64,000 nt of DNA. Origin: Candidatus Multivoradales bacterium. Lineage in GTDB: Bacteria > Acidobacteriota > Thermoanaerobaculia > Multivoradales > JAHEKO01. The DNA is taken from NCBI GenBank assembly GCA_965248055.1, contig CBDFIJ010000004.1:480001-544000 (forward strand), in the 5' to 3' direction. Under the pieces are notes generated by a model. That model worked only from the letters and a program-made list of their open reading frames with translations, made no database searches and was not told the DNA's origin. Numbering within the stretch: position 1 is the stretch's first letter; each line of letters begins with the position of its first letter. Made by a program: the position numbers and the translations under genes. Positions 59,944 through 64,000 of the stretch are shown here, piece after piece.

Positions 59944-60066
59944 TAACTCCATCAGAGCCAAATTGAACTGATCATTCCTAACGCTACCACCCCAGATCGG
60001 TATGATGCTGCTCCACGTCCAGCATCCACTCTATCCACAACTGATCCGCCCCTAAGAACCTCGGCC

Positions 60067-60768
60067 ATGTCGCAAACCCTTGACTCACGGCCGGCCTCTC
60101 CTGGCAACCCTCATTTTCGCGAACGGCCGACCGCGCGAATCGTGCCGGACGCCTGGATTCCGGCAATCGCGGCCGCACTACTGGCCACAGGAGCTGCCTG
60201 GATTGGATGGAGCTGGCTTGGCCTACTGATCGGCGGGTTGGCAGTCTTTTTCCTAGCCTTTTTTCGCAATCCGCAGCGAACCATTCCGGGCGACCCAAAA
60301 GACGTGATCGCCCCAGCCGATGGCCGCATCATCGAGGTCAGCGAGACGGTTGACGAAAACGGTACCCCGGGGCTGCGCATCGGTATCTTCCTTTCGGTCT
60401 TCAATGTCCACGTCAACCGCGTGCCCTTGAGCGGTCAGGTGGAATCGATCCAGAGAGCCGGTACTCGCAAACGTCCAGCGTTCGATCGTCGAGCGCTGAC
60501 CGACAATGTGCGCTGCGCGATGACTTTGACCACCGACACTGGAGTGCGCTTTCAGGTGGTGCAGATTACCGGACTGATCGCCCGGCGCATCGTCTGCCAT
60601 CCCCAGGTAGGAGAGTGGCTAGAGCGCGGCCAACGTTACGGCTTGATTCGCTTTGGCTCGCGAACCGACGTGGTGTTGCCGACTGAAGCCGAGCCGCTGG
60701 TCACCCCAGGACGACGGGTACGCGGTGGCAGCACAATTTTGGCGAAAATGCCTGCGCAAGATTCATGA
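60067..60768 (+). CDS. psd: phosphatidylserine decarboxylase
   Basis: FFRNP, APADG, IFLSVFNVHVNR, IRFGSRTD. Confidence 0.92.
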   Translation: MSQTLDSRPASPGNPHFRERPTARIVPDAWIPAIAAALLATGAAWIGWSWLGLLIGGLAVFFLAFFRNPQRTIPGDPKDVIAPADGRIIEVSETVDENGTPGLRIGIFLSVFNVHVNRVPLSGQVESIQRAGTRKRPAFDRRALTDNVRCAMTLTTDTGVRFQVVQITGLIARRIVCHPQVGEWLERGQRYGLIRFGSRTDVVLPTEAEPLVTPGRRVRGGSTILAKMPAQDS

Positions 60769-61592
60769 CTTTGATTTCGCACCGGACTGGTACTGAGGGC
60801 ACCAAGCGAGCTGGGTTCGACCCCGCAACGCCCAATGATCGATCCGAGCACCCACGACGCAACCCGGTAACCCTGATCCCTCACATACTGACCACCGCCA
60901 ATCTGGCGGCGGGATTCTTCGCCATCGTGCGTTCCGCCCAGGGCAACCTCGATCAGGCGGTGATCGCAATTTGGCTCGCCATGGCTTGTGACCTGCTGGA
61001 TGGCCGAGTGGCGCGGGCCCAGGGAGTCGCAACCCGCTTCGGAGCGGAGTACGACTCAGTCGCCGACACCGTGTCCTTCGGGGTTGCCCCAGCCCTGCTC
61101 ACCTTTCACTTCGGCAAGCTGAGCGATTTGGGCTGGAGCGGCTGGGTGGTCGCATTTGCCTACGTGGTCTGCGCCGGCCTGCGGCTGGCGCGATTCAACG
61201 TTTCCGCCGGTCGCTACAAGAATCGTTTCCAAGGACTCCCCAGTCCAGCCGCCGCAGGAATGGTTGCCACTACCGCCTGGTTCGCCGGCACACTCCAAGA
61301 GGCTGGGATCGAAACCAACGTACCCGCCTATGTCATCGGTATCGGCCTAGTCACCCTAGCCCTGCTGATGGTCAGCGGCATCCCCTATCGCACCGGAAAA
61401 GAGATCTCGCTCCAATCCAGCAATCGCTTCCTCACCTTCGCAGCAATCTGCTTCGTCGCCATTCTCGCCAAACCCTCCGTCACCCTGTTCGTGATTGGCT
61501 CGGCGTATGTCCTGCTGGGACCGATCGAACTCTGGTGGAGACCCAGATTCGGCAAGGCGCTGGAAGAAGCTGACGCTCCTCCGGTAGCCTAA
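60765..61592 (+). CDS. pssA: CDP-diacylglycerol--serine O-phosphatidyltransferase
   Basis: DLLDGRVAR..G...DSVADTVSFGVAP, RLARFN, FQGLPSP. Confidence 0.92.
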   Translation: MTLISHRTGTEGTKRAGFDPATPNDRSEHPRRNPVTLIPHILTTANLAAGFFAIVRSAQGNLDQAVIAIWLAMACDLLDGRVARAQGVATRFGAEYDSVADTVSFGVAPALLTFHFGKLSDLGWSGWVVAFAYVVCAGLRLARFNVSAGRYKNRFQGLPSPAAAGMVATTAWFAGTLQEAGIETNVPAYVIGIGLVTLALLMVSGIPYRTGKEISLQSSNRFLTFAAICFVAILAKPSVTLFVIGSAYVLLGPIELWWRPRFGKALEEADAPPVA

Positions 61593-61662
61593 GCAGACGC
61601 ACCACTTCACATCTCAAACTGCCAAAGCGTAGATAATTGGCCAACTGAGCGCGAACAAAGAA

Positions 61663-63227
61663 ATGGGCAAGAGCAGCGACAAGGTCAAATCCCTCGAATC
61701 CTGGATCTGGGATGCCGCCTGCTCTATCCGCGGGGCTAAGGACGCGCCCAAGTACAAGGACTACATCCTGCCGCTTGTCTTCACCAAGCGCCTGTGCGAC
61801 GTTTTTGACGACGAGATAAACCGCATCGCCGCCGAGGTCGGTTCGCGCGACAAGGCCTTCCTACTCGCCAAAGCCGACCACAAGCTGGTCCGCTTTTATC
61901 TGCCACTGGTACCGAAGGACCCTGAGCAGCCCGTTTGGTCGGTCATCCGTAAGCTCTCAGACAAGATCGGCGAAGGCGTCACCAGCCACATGCGGGCGAT
62001 TGCCAAGCAAAACCCGCTGCTGCAGGGCATCATCGACCGCGTTGACTTCAACGCCACTACCCACGGCCAGCGTGATCTCGACGACGACCGCCTCTCCAAC
62101 CTCATCGAGGCCATCAGCACCAAGCGCCTGGGACTCGACGACGTGGAAGCCGACATCATCGGCAAGAGCTACGAATACTTGATCCGCAAATTTGCTGAAG
62201 GCAGCGGCAGGAGCGCCGGCGAGTTCTATACCCCACCCGAAGTCGGCGAGATCATGGCTAAGGTGCTGGCTCCCGAGCCCGGCATGGATATCTACGACCC
62301 ATGCTGCGGTTCCGGCGGTCTGCTTATCAAGTGCGAGATCGCCATGGAATCGAAGACCAAGGGCCAGAAGAAGCGTACTTTCGCCCCGCTCAAACTCTAC
62401 GGGCAAGAATACATCCCCGAAACCTGGGCCATGGCCAACATGAACATGATCATCCACGACATGGAGGGTCAGATCGAGATCGGCGACACCTTCAAGAATC
62501 CCAAGTTCCGCAGGCGCGGCAAACTGCGCACCTTCGACCGCGTAGTCGCCAACCCGATGTGGAACCAGAAGGAGTACTCTGAGAAAGACTACGACGCTGA
62601 CGAACTAGACCGCTTCCCCGCCGGGGCCGGCTTCCCTGGTAAATCCTCGGCCGACTGGGGATGGGTGCAACACATACACGCCAGCCTCAAGCCCGAGGGC
62701 CGCGCCGCCGTGGTGCTCGACACCGGCGCCGCCTCCCGCGGTTCGGGTAATGCGAATACCGACAAGGAAAAACCGTCCGCCAGTGGTTCGTCGACCACGA
62801 CCTCATCGAGAGCGTCCTCTACCTGCCCGAGAACCTGTTCTACAACACTCCCGCCCCGGGCATCGTCCTCTTTCTCAACCGGGACAAGCCCAAGACTCGG
62901 GCAGGTAAGGTCCTGCTCGTCAACGCCAGTCAGGTCTTCAAAAAGGGAGACCCCAAGAACTTCCTCCCGCCCGAGGGGATCGACCGCATCGCCGATGTCC
63001 TCGCCAACTGGAAGGAAGAAGAAAAACTCAGCCGCATCGTCGATCATGCAAAGCTGAAAAAAACCGACTACAACATATCCCCCAGCCGCTACATCCACAC
63101 AGCCGACGCCGAGACCTATCGGCCGATTGTGGAGATCGTCGCGGAACTGAATGCGATTGAGGGCGAGGCCCAGAAGACCGACAAGGACCTGCGGAAGATT
63201 CTGGAAAAGATCGGTATCACCGCATGA
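61663..63227 (+). pseudogene. hsdM: type I restriction-modification subunit M with frameshift at A5 run 62768-62772
   Basis: GEFYTP, YDPCCGSGG, ANPMW; the shifted frame continues TVRQWFVDHDLIE..LPENLFYNT..SPSRYI to TGA 63227. Confidence 0.9.
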
Positions 63228-64000
63228 AGATCTTCATCAGCAGTGTGCAGAAGGAGTTCGCCGAAGAGCGGAAAGCACTGGCAGAGTATCTCTCCAACGA
63301 TCCGTTGCTACGACGTTTCTTCGAGGCATTCTTGTTTGAGCGCGATGTTCCGGCTTCAGACCGTCAGCCAGACGAGGTCTACCTCGATCAAGTCGCAAAG
63401 TGCGATGTTTACCTCGGCCTGTTCGGCGATGAGTATGGATGGGAGAACCCGGACGGGCTCTCGCCTACCCACCGAGAGTTCAACCATGCCACCGACCTCG
63501 GCAAGACCCGACTGATCTTCGTCAAAGGCGCTAGTGACGAAAACAAGCACCCGGAAATGCAGACGCTGGTTCGTGAAGTTGGCAACCAACTCGTGCGCCG
63601 ACGCTTCCAGCAATCCACGGACCTGCTGCCCGACGTCTATGCCAGTCTCGTCGACTACCTTGAGGAAACCGGTAGTCTCAACCGTGCCCCTTGGGACGCC
63701 CGCGCGGCTCGCAAGGCCTCCCTCGACGACCTCGATCCAGAGCACATCGCCCGCTTCGTGCCCCGCGCCCGCAAGGCGCGCAACTTTCCCCTTCCGCCAA
63801 GCCCATTCCCTCCCACCAGGTCTACAAGGGCACTGCCTTCGAGCTGGTGGATCAGGCTATCGACTTCGTGATGTCCAAGATCAACCTCAGCGTCGGCACC
63901 CGGGTGCAAGGACCGCAGGCGCCCGTCGAATACGAAATTCCGCGTGATGTGGTCGCCGAAGCCATTGTCAACGCCGTCGCCCACCGCGACTACAACAGCA
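63224..64000 (+). pseudogene. DUF4062 + RecG-C/HATPase-like protein with frameshift or internal deletion near 63797; runs off window
   Basis: IFISSVQKEF..ER; after the shift AKPIPSHQVYKG..EAIVNAVAHRDY. Confidence 0.75.

Overview
GC-rich bacterial chromosomal segment. Gene content and order suggest Acidobacteriota, possibly Thermoanaerobaculia-like; this is inference only. The left 27 kb is mostly minus-strand housekeeping: xerD, leuA/leuB-like, add, coaD, S55 peptidase, tsaC, recN, proline dehydrogenase, a BoxB/PaaA-like diiron protein, lipA, lipB and an E2 acyltransferase. The most striking locus is an IS-flanked, divergently transcribed five-gene cluster at 30.7-38.6 kb. It encodes a membrane-anchored ferredoxin-flavoreductase, an outer-membrane beta-barrel, a 25-heme cytochrome with four 210-bp triheme repeats, a His-rich membrane protein and a 23-heme cytochrome, and looks like a complete NAD(P)H-to-outside electron conduit. 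A second candidate system at 48.9-55.9 kb has an HMG-CoA-reductase-like/AarF kinase/acyltransferase operon converging on phaR-phasin-patatin, with no PHA synthase in view. Mobile DNA includes an intact IS256 (8-bp TSD) that truncates a DUF547 gene, a 139-bp MITE inside an IS3 relic and an IS3/IS256/IS5 nested pile-up. Several accessory genes are frameshifted: parE, a probable outer-membrane protein, hsdM and DUF4062-HATPase. Window-wide signals are many leaderless-type starts (TANNNT-6 nt-ATG) and recurrent degenerate 15-bp tandem repeats. No rRNA, tRNA or CRISPR array was seen. All calls are by eye from motifs, without database searches.
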